Source of the DNA: a virus
Lineage: Duplodnaviria; Caudoviricetes
IMG/VR virus record: IMGVR_UViG_3300025835_000030
Span: 1-28,814 of that record
DNA: 28,814 bases
Reading direction: 5' to 3' (one strand)
Translations under genes and position numbers: made by a program
In this document: positions 17,423-25,348 of the stretch, piece after piece
How positions within the stretch are numbered: position 1 is the stretch's first letter
How the letters are laid out: each line of letters begins with the position of its first letter
The notes under the pieces: model-generated
Told to the model about the DNA's origin: nothing
Databases searched by the model: none
The model's input: the letters and a program-made list of their open reading frames with translations, nothing else

Positions 17423-17962
17423 ATGGAATTACAAGGTTGGGACAAACTGTATCAAGAACTGGCAAAAAAATTAACCGATAATATTCCGGCTATCAACTGG
17501 GCGGATTTATGGCATAACCAAGTAGGTTTTTTGGTTGAGGAACATCCGTTCCCTACGCCCGCCGTTTTTTTAGCCTTCAGGATTTTGGATAGTGAAGATA
17601 TGGGCGAAAAAACACAAAAACTAAACTTACAAGTTGATGTGTATTATTTTTATGAAACCTTTTTAGATACCTATCAAAGCGCCTATAACGAAGCTGACGC
17701 TTTAAATTACTTAAGTACCATTACAGATATCTATAAAGCATTACACGGCACCAGCGGGGCTAATTATGCCGAAATGCGGCGCATTGGCTTTAGTTCGGTT
17801 GACACAGGTTCTGCAGGTAACGTTTATCTGCAAAGTTTTGTGTGTAATGTAATTGATGCAACGGCGGCCGTAAATTATAATGAGGCAAGCCCAGGTGCTA
17901 TAAATTATATTGAAGGTAGTGCGCCAGCTATACCTGCAACGCCACTTTATCAAATACCTTAA
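17423..17962 (+). CDS. Tail terminator/neck protein (Mu gp37-like)
   Basis: WADLWHNQV..L.EEHPFPTPAVFL; follows the gpG-like gene. Confidence 0.6.
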   Translation: MELQGWDKLYQELAKKLTDNIPAINWADLWHNQVGFLVEEHPFPTPAVFLAFRILDSEDMGEKTQKLNLQVDVYYFYETFLDTYQSAYNEADALNYLSTITDIYKALHGTSGANYAEMRRIGFSSVDTGSAGNVYLQSFVCNVIDATAAVNYNEASPGAINYIEGSAPAIPATPLYQIP

Positions 17963-18156
17963 TTGGTATTGGTACGATAAAAAAGAATGTTTTCGATGGT
18001 TTTTGGAGATAAATAAAACTGCTCAGCCAATATGGTAAAAATATAAATATCGGAGTGGATGGGAACGCCTTTATAGGTTTTTTTTAGCCACTTTTCTTGG
18101 TATTCTTGGCGAATGTCTTGGTATTTGCGTTTTACTTCGTCTGTACTGGCAGCCAT
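17959..18156 (-). CDS. Small HTH protein, Mor/C-like candidate late activator
   Basis: IFTILAEQFYLSPKTIENILF HTH; ATG at 18156 preceded by TATTTTTG (18179-18172); sits at the early/late boundary. Confidence 0.6.
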   Translation of the reverse strand: MAASTDEVKRKYQDIRQEYQEKWLKKTYKGVPIHSDIYIFTILAEQFYLSPKTIENILFYRTNTN

Positions 18157-18322
18157 TATCTTGATTTTAAACAAAAATAATGCTTAAGTATTTATTACGC
18201 AATAGGGAATTTTAATACCCAAGAAATGGCGATATTTTTTGAGAAAAAGAGTTTTGTATAAACAAAATAATAATTATGACAAGAACTTTACTTTCATAAC
18301 TTTAAATTTGAAATAAAACTAC

Positions 18323-18351
18323 AAAAAAACCGCCAATTAAGGCGGTTTTTT
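18323..18351. terminator. Bidirectional intrinsic terminator
   Basis: AAAAAAACCGCC-AATTAA-GGCGGTTTTTT just after the stop of 18355..18564. Confidence 0.85.
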
Positions 18352-18354
18352 AAA

Positions 18355-18564
18355 TTAATCTTCTAGTTGAGGGTCTATCTTTTCTAAAAACTGGGTTAAA
18401 TTAAAGTAACCGTCTTCTATCCATTCTTTAAAAACACCTTCTTCATTTTGCAAGTGTAACGTAATGGTAGCGTGCATAAGCTTGCGCATTGACTTGGCAA
18501 AATCTTTAGGCGCTATCTCTTTTTCAAAAAAAATATTGATATTTCTATTGGTTTGCGCGTTCAT
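18355..18564 (-). CDS. Hypothetical protein coupled to the antirepressor
   Basis: 69 aa, ATGA overlap with the BRO gene, followed by a terminator. Confidence 0.65.
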   Translation of the reverse strand: MNAQTNRNINIFFEKEIAPKDFAKSMRKLMHATITLHLQNEEGVFKEWIEDGYFNLTQFLEKIDPQLED

Positions 18565-19256
18565 AATGCTAAATTTAATTGGTTAAACATTCGTAATTTA
18601 CGTGAACCACTTAAAATAAGCTGTACACCAAGCTCATTGGTAAACCAAGCCGGGTGTGTATTGCCAAACAACCATATTTTTATAGCCAATTGTTGGCGGG
18701 CATTTAGCTTTTTAGCTACTTGAAAACTGCCTGTACTGCTATGTATGGCTTGATTGCAATCATTAACACTTACCCAAGTAGTGCCTTTTAAGGTGATACT
18801 GCGCACATTAAAACTGTTAATCTCTTGTGTACTGTAAGGCACATCACGGGCATCAATAAAATTGCTTTTGTTTTTTGAGGAATTGATTAAGTAGAATCCT
18901 TTTTTTAGAATGGTGGGGATTACTTCGCTCGTAATCCATTTTCTAAAAGTTTTAGCATAAGGCTTTTTGCTTCGTAAAATTAGAGCATACAAACCACTTT
19001 CTGTAATAATAGAAGTATTTCTATTTTGACCTGACGTATATAGTTTATACGTTAGCTTTTCATCATCGTCTAAATCTCTAATTGCTTGACGATTGTTTTT
19101 AATACCTAAAGCATCACAAACATCTTTAGCTATAAACCAAGGTTTGTTCTCTACAATTAGGTTGCGAATTGGTTGTTTACTTTCAGAGAAGTTGAAAGTC
19201 ATCACTTCGGATTGCTCATTTAAAGCCTGAGCTTGGCTGTTGTTTTTTGCATTCAT
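18561..19256 (-). CDS. BRO-N family antirepressor
   Basis: PWFIAKDVCDALGIKN, ITESGLYALILRSKKPYAKTFRKWITSEVIPTILKKG.Y. Confidence 0.92.
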   Translation of the reverse strand: MNAKNNSQAQALNEQSEVMTFNFSESKQPIRNLIVENKPWFIAKDVCDALGIKNNRQAIRDLDDDEKLTYKLYTSGQNRNTSIITESGLYALILRSKKPYAKTFRKWITSEVIPTILKKGFYLINSSKNKSNFIDARDVPYSTQEINSFNVRSITLKGTTWVSVNDCNQAIHSSTGSFQVAKKLNARQQLAIKIWLFGNTHPAWFTNELGVQLILSGSRKLRMFNQLNLAL

Positions 19257-19279
19257 TTATTTGACATTTTAATGTATGC

Positions 19280-19358
19280 GAGTTCGCCGTCAGGTGTGTC
19301 AATCCATTTTTAGGATGGAATTACAGCCCTTTCGGAACTGAGCACCTTGCGCGAACTC
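19280..19358 (-). ncRNA. C4-like antisense RNA in the antirepressor leader
   Basis: Closing stem GAGUUCGC/GCGAACUC, AGGUG/CACCU, GAAA-capped hairpin, and a segment complementary to leader sites at 19405-19387 and 19266-19261. Confidence 0.6.
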
Positions 19359-19407
19359 TTATCGTGAAAAATTGTTTTAGAATTTCTCCTAAAATGGATT
19401 GACACGA

Positions 19408-19444
19408 CAAACATACAAAAAATATTTTTTAATTACTATCTTTG
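19408..19444. promoter_or_regulatory. Back-to-back -7 elements: TATGTTTG (19415-19408, minus, antirepressor leader) and TATCTTTG (19437-19444, plus, moron)
   Basis: Exact TAnnTTTG matches positioned upstream of the respective units. Confidence 0.65.
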
Positions 19445-19461
19445 GTTAAAAATTTAGTATT

Positions 19462-19821
19462 ATGAAAAAACGTGTTGTAAATTTTTTTAACTGGGTTTCT
19501 AAACATTTAAAGCTTTTAACGATAATATTAGGTGCTTTAGTTGCCATTATACCATTTTTTAGTATTAAAGTAACCTTGCCAATTTGGGCCTTATTACTTA
19601 TTTTTTTAGTGCCTTTTTACTTGCTATACTTATACAATTGGTTTTTTGTACAAAAAAGAAAATATAAACCGGGCGATACAGTAGGCTTAAAAGGTACAAC
19701 TATCAGATATTTGGTAACTGGCTATAAGGCATTTTCTAAAACAAATGTTGTTTGTGTAAGTTGTACCACAAACACCCCTAATTCTCTTCATCATCAAGAT
19801 ATTCTACAGCTGTATCCTTAA
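19462..19821 (+). CDS. Moron: two-TM membrane protein with a small C-terminal beta domain
   Basis: Opposite strand to neighbours, own promoter, very AT-rich; two hydrophobic helices then KYKPGDTVGLKG. Confidence 0.7.
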   Translation: MKKRVVNFFNWVSKHLKLLTIILGALVAIIPFFSIKVTLPIWALLLIFLVPFYLLYLYNWFFVQKRKYKPGDTVGLKGTTIRYLVTGYKAFSKTNVVCVSCTTNTPNSLHHQDILQLYP

Positions 19822-19960
19822 GGGTCTTAAAGTCTCTCTTAAGTACCTTTTTTAACAAGATATAAGCTTTCTTAATTTCTTTTCTGTATTGTATAATACA
19901 GAGTACGGCAAGTGGCATTAAAAAGCACCAAATCCATAATGTTCTTAAAGTGATTTCCAT
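19778..19960 (-). CDS. Small hypothetical membrane protein
   Basis: 60 aa, N-terminal hydrophobic helix; convergent overlap with the moron. Confidence 0.45.
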   Translation of the reverse strand: MEITLRTLWIWCFLMPLAVLCIIQYRKEIKKAYILLKKVLKRDFKTLKDTAVEYLDDEEN

Positions 19961-19962
19961 AA

Positions 19963-20091
19963 TTATTTATTATTTAGGTTATTAATTTTATTGTTTGTCT
20001 GTTCAACAATTTCATCTGCCATTATTTCTATTTGTTCTGAGAGGTTCCGTTTTGGGCGCGGCGTTTTTTTTAATTCTTTATATTGCTCCAT
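19963..20091 (-). CDS. Small hypothetical protein (42 aa)
   Basis: Hand-translated MEQYKELKKTPRPKRNLSEQIEIMADEIVEQTNNKINNLNNK; stop 2 nt before the next ATG. Confidence 0.4.
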   Translation of the reverse strand: MEQYKELKKTPRPKRNLSEQIEIMADEIVEQTNNKINNLNNK

Positions 20092-20173
20092 AGGCTTGTA
20101 TCTCTTTAATCATTTTGTCGGCTAGTTTTTAGTTTGTCATAGGTTATTGTTTTTAGGTAATTACCCACACTAC

Positions 20174-20225
20174 ATTTAACAGCTCATAAGCCACATTAAA
20201 ACGTGGCTTTATCAGGTAGTTAAAT
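20174..20225. repeat. attC-like imperfect palindrome
   Basis: ATTTAAC (RYYYAAC)...ATAAGCCAC-ATTAAAAC-GTGGCTTTAT...GTTAAAT (GTTRRRY). Confidence 0.45.
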
Positions 20226-20232
20226 GCAATGC

Positions 20233-20661
20233 TTACCCATTATTAAATCTTTTTTGGTTAAGATATGTCTCCGGATAAAGCTTGGTCAGTCCTTGGTTAA
20301 GTATTAAATGGTTATCATATTGCCTGATATAATTTAAGGCTTTTGCCTTGTCATTATCGGTTAATGCATTCCATAACTTTTCGGCACGAGGTTTATTACC
20401 CACTTTATTGTTATAGGTTTTCCAAAAATTATCAAAGCTTAAATCTTGTTGTAGTATATCCACTCTAAACTGAGCGTTCTGTTTAAAATATGCCAAGTCC
20501 CCTAATGTAAACGGAAAGTTTTGGCGGTAGAATTCTACCGTTGAGGCGGTCATATTAAAATCGAGTTTAAACGCCGTTAAAAAGCCATTTAAATCGTAAG
20601 TAAATAGCATCGTTTTACCGGTTTGTTTATGCGTTACTAAATAGCTTGTTTCCTTTAGCAT
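20233..20661 (-). CDS. Hypothetical phage protein with a replication-organiser-like C-terminal domain
   Basis: FDNFWKTYNNKVGNKPRAEKLWNAL...YPETYLNQKRF pattern. Confidence 0.6.
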   Translation of the reverse strand: MLKETSYLVTHKQTGKTMLFTYDLNGFLTAFKLDFNMTASTVEFYRQNFPFTLGDLAYFKQNAQFRVDILQQDLSFDNFWKTYNNKVGNKPRAEKLWNALTDNDKAKALNYIRQYDNHLILNQGLTKLYPETYLNQKRFNNG

Positions 20662-20963
20662 AATTTTTGGTTGAGTTGAAATATAATATGACGTAGTACA
20701 TTATTGTTGTAGCTATCTAGTAGGCGCACCTGTAATAAAAAGCGTTCTAAATAATGCGCCTCATAATAGTCTAGGGCTATTTTAAAAGGCTTTTTTGCAT
20801 CAGCTTTAGCAATGGCTTTTCTTTGAAATTTTACGGCTACCTCTTTAAGAACCGAGACCACAACCTTAGCTTCGCGGGTTGGCTCAGTAATGCGGGTAAT
20901 AAATATCCAAGAGGCATTAATAACACACAATTGGTCAACGTTAATTATGAAGTCTATTTTCAT
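20655..20963 (-). CDS. Hypothetical protein
   Basis: ORF in the early operon; ATG at 20963 preferred. Confidence 0.55.
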   Translation of the reverse strand: MKIDFIINVDQLCVINASWIFITRITEPTREAKVVVSVLKEVAVKFQRKAIAKADAKKPFKIALDYYEAHYLERFLLQVRLLDSYNNNVLRHIIFQLNQKLC

Positions 20964-20973
20964 CAAGATATTG

Positions 20974-21123
20974 TTACTTATTACAAACAATAATTATGTG
21001 TATTTTCCAAATCCTTAGTAGCATTGCTTTACCTTTCCATGTTATTAATTCAAACCATTCGGGCTTACAGTTAAACTGTCCGTTTATTTGAGTTCCTTTA
21101 AGGTAGTCCCTATGTATTTTCAT
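20974..21123 (-). CDS. Small hypothetical protein (49 aa)
   Basis: Hand-translated MKIHRDYLKGTQING...IIIVCNK; ATGA overlap with the upstream gene; fills the gap. Confidence 0.45.
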   Translation of the reverse strand: MKIHRDYLKGTQINGQFNCKPEWFELITWKGKAMLLRIWKIHIIIVCNK

Positions 21124-21386
21124 CTTGATTTTAAATCTGAAATGATAGCGTGTTCTATGTCATTAATATCAGTACCCAGTAGTATTAAGTCATGCTCAGT
21201 TTCTAAGAGCGTTAATAATTTAGGAAACCGATTTTCTAAGTCTTTAAGTTCATCGTCACCGGCTGTTAATAAGCTTTGGCATTTACCAAGCAACAAATCA
21301 AGCTCCATCAGTTCTACATCAGAGCAATTATCAATAAACTGCTGTGGTGTGATATCTAGCGTATATACTTTTTGAAGTTTAGGCAT
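21120..21386 (-). CDS. Hypothetical protein
   Basis: 88 aa, tightly packed in the operon. Confidence 0.6.
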   Translation of the reverse strand: MPKLQKVYTLDITPQQFIDNCSDVELMELDLLLGKCQSLLTAGDDELKDLENRFPKLLTLLETEHDLILLGTDINDIEHAIISDLKSR

Positions 21387-21388
21387 TT

Positions 21389-21613
21389 TTAAAAATTATA
21401 ATTTAAAGTCGGTACTGGTACTTCGCTGTACATACCTGAAAATTTTGTTTGATTTTTTTTATTATAGTGCAATTGCCTACAAGTATTGCATACATATTGT
21501 TTGGTATCTTGGTCATAAAAACCACTACATCTATTCGGATTTCTTGGGCTTGGCTCTAAATCTCTTAAACAGTGTGCACATTGATGCTGTGTAAAAAAAT
21601 TAAGTTGTCTCAT
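21389..21613 (-). CDS. Small Cys-rich (zinc-finger-like) protein
   Basis: CAHC...VCNTC; ATG at 21613 preferred. Confidence 0.55.
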   Translation of the reverse strand: MRQLNFFTQHQCAHCLRDLEPSPRNPNRCSGFYDQDTKQYVCNTCRQLHYNKKNQTKFSGMYSEVPVPTLNYNF

Positions 21614-21618
21614 CAGTT

Positions 21619-21789
21619 TTATTCTACAATTTCGCAATCAGTTTTCCACACTAGGTGGCGGTCATCAGTGAGTATGAAACATTCTTTAAGCCAATTTTTG
21701 GCTTCAAAAATTTCACCACCCTTTGAGGCATACCACATAAAGCCTTTTACATCGGCGTTTATCTTAATTTTAAAAACATGTGAATTCAT
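21619..21789 (-). CDS. Small hypothetical protein (56 aa)
   Basis: Hand-translated MNSHVFKIKINADVKGFMWYASKGGEIFEA...WKTDCEIVE; ATGA overlap. Confidence 0.55.
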   Translation of the reverse strand: MNSHVFKIKINADVKGFMWYASKGGEIFEAKNWLKECFILTDDRHLVWKTDCEIVE

Positions 21790-21965
21790 CGTAAAAATAT
21801 TTTATTCATCAATGCTAGAATCAAATAAAGCAGTATCAAGCCACATCCATAAGCCATTAATTTTAATAATCCGTTTACAATCTTATCTTTTGTTGTCATG
21901 TTGTGTTTAGGGTCTTTTAATTGTTTATTTTCATAGTACAGTCCGGTATCTTCATCTAATATCAT
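21786..21965 (-). CDS. Small hypothetical membrane protein
   Basis: C-terminal hydrophobic helix; ATGA overlaps on both sides. Confidence 0.5.
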   Translation of the reverse strand: MILDEDTGLYYENKQLKDPKHNMTTKDKIVNGLLKLMAYGCGLILLYLILALMNKIFLR

Positions 21966-22387
21966 AAACACATCTTTTCGAGGGCATAAATGATTTTGCT
22001 CAGCTCTAATTTTACCATTTGCTTGAGTGGTTTTTTAACTGGTGACTTCTTGCTTTTAAGCCATTCGCTTAAGCGATACAAATCGGCATAATAAGCTTGT
22101 TTGTCTGCGTTATATACTTGCCAGCGTAATTGCATACATAGGCTCAAAATATTGCGGTGTGCGCCATTTGTAGCGTCAAACAAAGCCCAGTTTTCGTATT
22201 GTATGGGTTGACCGCCAAAACGGACAATGATTTGGTTGGCTTGTTCAATAGTCAGGTCTTTAGTACTGGTTTTAGACCAGTCGCCCGTATATTGTTGCAT
22301 CAATTGTGCCTTTTGCTCTTTGTCATTCTTGATGACTGCAGGTAACAGGGCGTGAATACGTTGTATTTGTGATTTTAAGATTGTCAT
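21962..22387 (-). CDS. GemA/Mu gp16 (DUF1018)-like protein
   Basis: QIQRIHALL, TG...TSTKDLTIEQANQII, ELSKIIYALEKM; Mu early-region synteny. Confidence 0.6.
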   Translation of the reverse strand: MTILKSQIQRIHALLPAVIKNDKEQKAQLMQQYTGDWSKTSTKDLTIEQANQIIVRFGGQPIQYENWALFDATNGAHRNILSLCMQLRWQVYNADKQAYYADLYRLSEWLKSKKSPVKKPLKQMVKLELSKIIYALEKMCL

Positions 22388-22563
22388 GATTTTATTTTTA
22401 AAACACTAGTTTTACTTTCAAAAGCTGCTAGATAATTACGAACAACCTCTGTTTCAACACAATTTAAATTTTTAGAAATCCAAAGACCTTCAGCATTTTT
22501 ATATACTAATTTGCCGTTTGCGCTGATTTCATCATCGCTAATTTTTTTTATTTTTACGCTCAT
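22384..22563 (-). CDS. Hypothetical protein
   Basis: ATG at 22563 just after the upstream stop. Confidence 0.55.
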   Translation of the reverse strand: MSVKIKKISDDEISANGKLVYKNAEGLWISKNLNCVETEVVRNYLAAFESKTSVLKIKS

Positions 22564-22564
22564 T

Positions 22565-23215
22565 TTAAAGGCTTGAAAATTGAACATTTATGTCATTCCA
22601 TTTACCTTGATCATCAAGTTTGTAAGCTCGACAATACAATGAACTTCCAACTACACGTTGACAGTTTTCTAACTTTTCGAACTCTGAAATTAACGCAACA
22701 TCGCCAAGTTCATTGACCTGTTGACGACCTTTAGCTAAAAGCTTTGGATCGAATTCGCCTTTCGTATTGCGCATTAAAATGCTCTCTAAAAATTTATAAA
22801 ATCCTTTATTGCGCTCGGCAAACTTTGATGCGAACATCTCTTTGATGCTTTGTATATGCACAATTGTATCTTCTGTAAACTCAAAGCGTTCTTGACGATC
22901 AACCGTTATTTTAAAGTTGGTTGACTTTAGCGTGAATGTATTGACTTCTTTTGGGGTTTTACCTTGATTTTCATACATCCTATCCCATAGTTTATTAGCC
23001 TCTGTGATCGTGTATAATTTAAGTTCACGCAACTCGTTTGAGAGTTGTATAAATTTTAAGCAGCTCGCTTGTAAAAAATCATTTTTATCTTTTTCGAATG
23101 ATAATTTTAACATTCGTTCTTGATTTTTTGAGGCTTCTCTTCTACGAGCCATCTCAGCTACTAATTCTTCATCTGATAAGAGACTTAAGTCTTTTTTTTC
23201 TTGTAAATTTTCCAT
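22565..23215 (-). CDS. DUF3164-like protein (Gam-position gene of Mu-like phages)
   Basis: Coiled-coil N-terminus, FTLKS, R..KGEFDP, C-terminal Y.RAY..DDQGKW..I.VQFS. Confidence 0.7.
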   Translation of the reverse strand: MENLQEKKDLSLLSDEELVAEMARRREASKNQERMLKLSFEKDKNDFLQASCLKFIQLSNELRELKLYTITEANKLWDRMYENQGKTPKEVNTFTLKSTNFKITVDRQERFEFTEDTIVHIQSIKEMFASKFAERNKGFYKFLESILMRNTKGEFDPKLLAKGRQQVNELGDVALISEFEKLENCQRVVGSSLYCRAYKLDDQGKWNDINVQFSSL

Positions 23216-23233
23216 AATAAATATAATTTTAAG

Positions 23234-23491
23234 TTAATAAATTGGCGTAAATGGTGGTTTTATCCAACCATCATCTATAAGGTGTTGTTTTATTTTTTGT
23301 ACTTTTTCTTCCAATTTTGCAGGCAATACGTATTTTGGTGGTTTACCTGTTTCTAAACAATGCATCAATGCCACGCGCTCTTGTGTTAAACATATTCGCT
23401 CTCCGTCACTTAATTTTCGATGATGTAAATGCGTGTAATGATGTATATCAGTAAGTAATTCTATTCGGGTTTCTAGTTGCTCTTTTGTCAC
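23234..23491 (-). CDS. Hypothetical protein
   Basis: 85 aa, GTG start, packed in the operon. Confidence 0.55.
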   Translation of the reverse strand: MTKEQLETRIELLTDIHHYTHLHHRKLSDGERICLTQERVALMHCLETGKPPKYVLPAKLEEKVQKIKQHLIDDGWIKPPFTPIY

Positions 23492-23493
23492 AG

Positions 23494-23826
23494 TTAATTA
23501 AGGTTAAAATTGGGTTCTATTTGTTTGTTATTTTGATTATTAAATAATGCGCCAGGATAGATAAAAAACATCCGATTGGTTATGTCTGCATAGTATAAGC
23601 GTATAGATTGTACACTTAAATCTGTCTCAATAAAAAAAGTATCGAAAAATAACTTTTCAAGTTTGGCATATTCAAAATTATACCAACTTGATATTTTAGA
23701 ATTAGCAGCTAAACTTTGATAGCATCTAGCATCACTACTAAAGTTTTCGGCCCAACTCAAATACGACTCTACCATCATACAGTAGTATTGTTCCTCTGTT
23801 ACTTGTAATACTTTAATAATATCCAT
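23494..23826 (-). CDS. Hypothetical protein
   Basis: 110 aa, packed in the operon. Confidence 0.55.
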   Translation of the reverse strand: MDIIKVLQVTEEQYYCMMVESYLSWAENFSSDARCYQSLAANSKISSWYNFEYAKLEKLFFDTFFIETDLSVQSIRLYYADITNRMFFIYPGALFNNQNNKQIEPNFNLN

Positions 23827-23827
23827 A

Positions 23828-24445
23828 TTAGACTATTTTACCGTGATACAATTGCGCTTTTTGTTCATCAATCATCATGTTGCCACCCGGACATCGACCA
23901 CCAACAATCATTAACAAGCCTTGTATCCTGACGATTATTTTAGCTAGTTTTTTTGCCATTACAGCGGCGGCAGTATAAGGCTCATTGCGATCTTCGTGAG
24001 CTACTAAAACAAAATGTGTTTTAGGATGCTCAAGTTTGAGTTGTTTTAAGCCTTCGGATGTCAATTCTCCTTTATACATACTTAAATTATCTATAATTAC
24101 TATTTTAGGGGCTCTACGTGCCATTAATCGCTTTTTAATGCCATCGATACTTACATACTCAGTAAATTGAATATTTTTATTTGAGGCATCAATTTTAGCG
24201 CGTTTAGCGGCTGCTTGAAATTCCATATCAACGCCTTCTTCAGCACTGATATACCATACTTTTGAGAACATACTGAGGTAATCTGCCAAGAGTAGGGTTC
24301 CCCAAGTTTTACCGTTCTTATCTTTGCCGTAAATGAGCCATATACCATAAGTACTTGGTTGCCCAAATATTTCTTCAAAAATGCCGTCAAATGGATAAGT
24401 CTCATATTTTTTACTATATAGATTTTGTACCGTTAAAGCCCTCAT
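23828..24445 (-). CDS. RecA-fold (RadA/Sms-, KaiC-like) ATPase
   Basis: Walker A YGKDKNGKT, YISAEEG, Walker B IVIIDN, VLVAHE. Confidence 0.8.
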   Translation of the reverse strand: MRALTVQNLYSKKYETYPFDGIFEEIFGQPSTYGIWLIYGKDKNGKTWGTLLLADYLSMFSKVWYISAEEGVDMEFQAAAKRAKIDASNKNIQFTEYVSIDGIKKRLMARRAPKIVIIDNLSMYKGELTSEGLKQLKLEHPKTHFVLVAHEDRNEPYTAAAVMAKKLAKIIVRIQGLLMIVGGRCPGGNMMIDEQKAQLYHGKIV

Positions 24446-24453
24446 TTATAATT

Positions 24454-25347
24454 CTAATTAGCACTTAAATCACTTGTTTTTTCGATGATGATTTTGTGGT
24501 ACACACTTCGCAAACTGCCTAGCGACTTGGCATACATTTGTAAAGGCGTATATTTAGAATTATTGGCTTTTAGTATTTTTGATATTTCGTGCAATAAAAA
24601 CTGTTTGCGCTCTTCTTCATTAACTGGTGTGATGCGTTGGTATCTATTGCCAAATCGGCTAAAGTTTTCACTAAATCCCACTTTCTTTAAATCGCGCTGA
24701 CGGTCTAGTTTTACCTGCAAGCCATCGGCACCCATAGCATACCATCCGCAACGGTATTCGGTGGCGTTCCAAAGGGCTTTTATTTCTAAAAAAGCGGGAT
24801 ACGATAGGTCGCCATACTCATCTAAAATGATAAGCGGTTTTGTCATCGCACGCATGTACTGTATCAAATCTTCGCGCACATTTCTAATTGGTATTTGATG
24901 GTCTAAACCAAACTCCTTAGCCATGGCGCGTAACAATTCGCTGCGTGATTTATTTAATGAGCAATCTATACGTATAGCATTGCGATGTTTACTCACATAA
25001 TCTTTGGCTGTGTAACTTTTACCAATATCGGCGATATCACAAAAGATACCCGAAATACTCATTTTTTGACAGGCCTCCAGCTGACTGTAAATAAAGTCAT
25101 AAACAGCCGTATAAGCCGTTTGCCAAATAAAGACTTGAGCGTTTACTGGCACGTTGTATTTAGAGGCAATTTCATTCCATTTGTCATCCGATACCACACT
25201 TTCAAAATCGCCGTTAAGGATGCGACTGAACTGCGCCGGATTGATGCCTATGGATACTGATTGGGCTTTGTTGCTTTTAAACTTAAAGCTATTTTCTTTT
25301 ATTGCTTCAACGATACGTTCTTTGTAATCTAGGGTTAAGTCACTCAT
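24454..25347 (-). CDS. MuB/TnsC-like AAA+ transposition ATPase with N-terminal HTH
   Basis: SIGINPAQFSRILNG HTH, Walker A variant CDIADIGKS, Walker B LIILDE, FSRFG; directly after the transposase. Confidence 0.88.
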   Translation of the reverse strand: MSDLTLDYKERIVEAIKENSFKFKSNKAQSVSIGINPAQFSRILNGDFESVVSDDKWNEIASKYNVPVNAQVFIWQTAYTAVYDFIYSQLEACQKMSISGIFCDIADIGKSYTAKDYVSKHRNAIRIDCSLNKSRSELLRAMAKEFGLDHQIPIRNVREDLIQYMRAMTKPLIILDEYGDLSYPAFLEIKALWNATEYRCGWYAMGADGLQVKLDRQRDLKKVGFSENFSRFGNRYQRITPVNEEERKQFLLHEISKILKANNSKYTPLQMYAKSLGSLRSVYHKIIIEKTSDLSAN

Positions 25348-25348
25348 T

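Noticed and set aside
19316-19330. Second GUA anticodon-like loop (GGG-CUGUAAU-UCC) in the antirepressor leader
   Set aside because: Only a 3-bp stem, and it competes with the better GAAA-capped hairpin; probably chance
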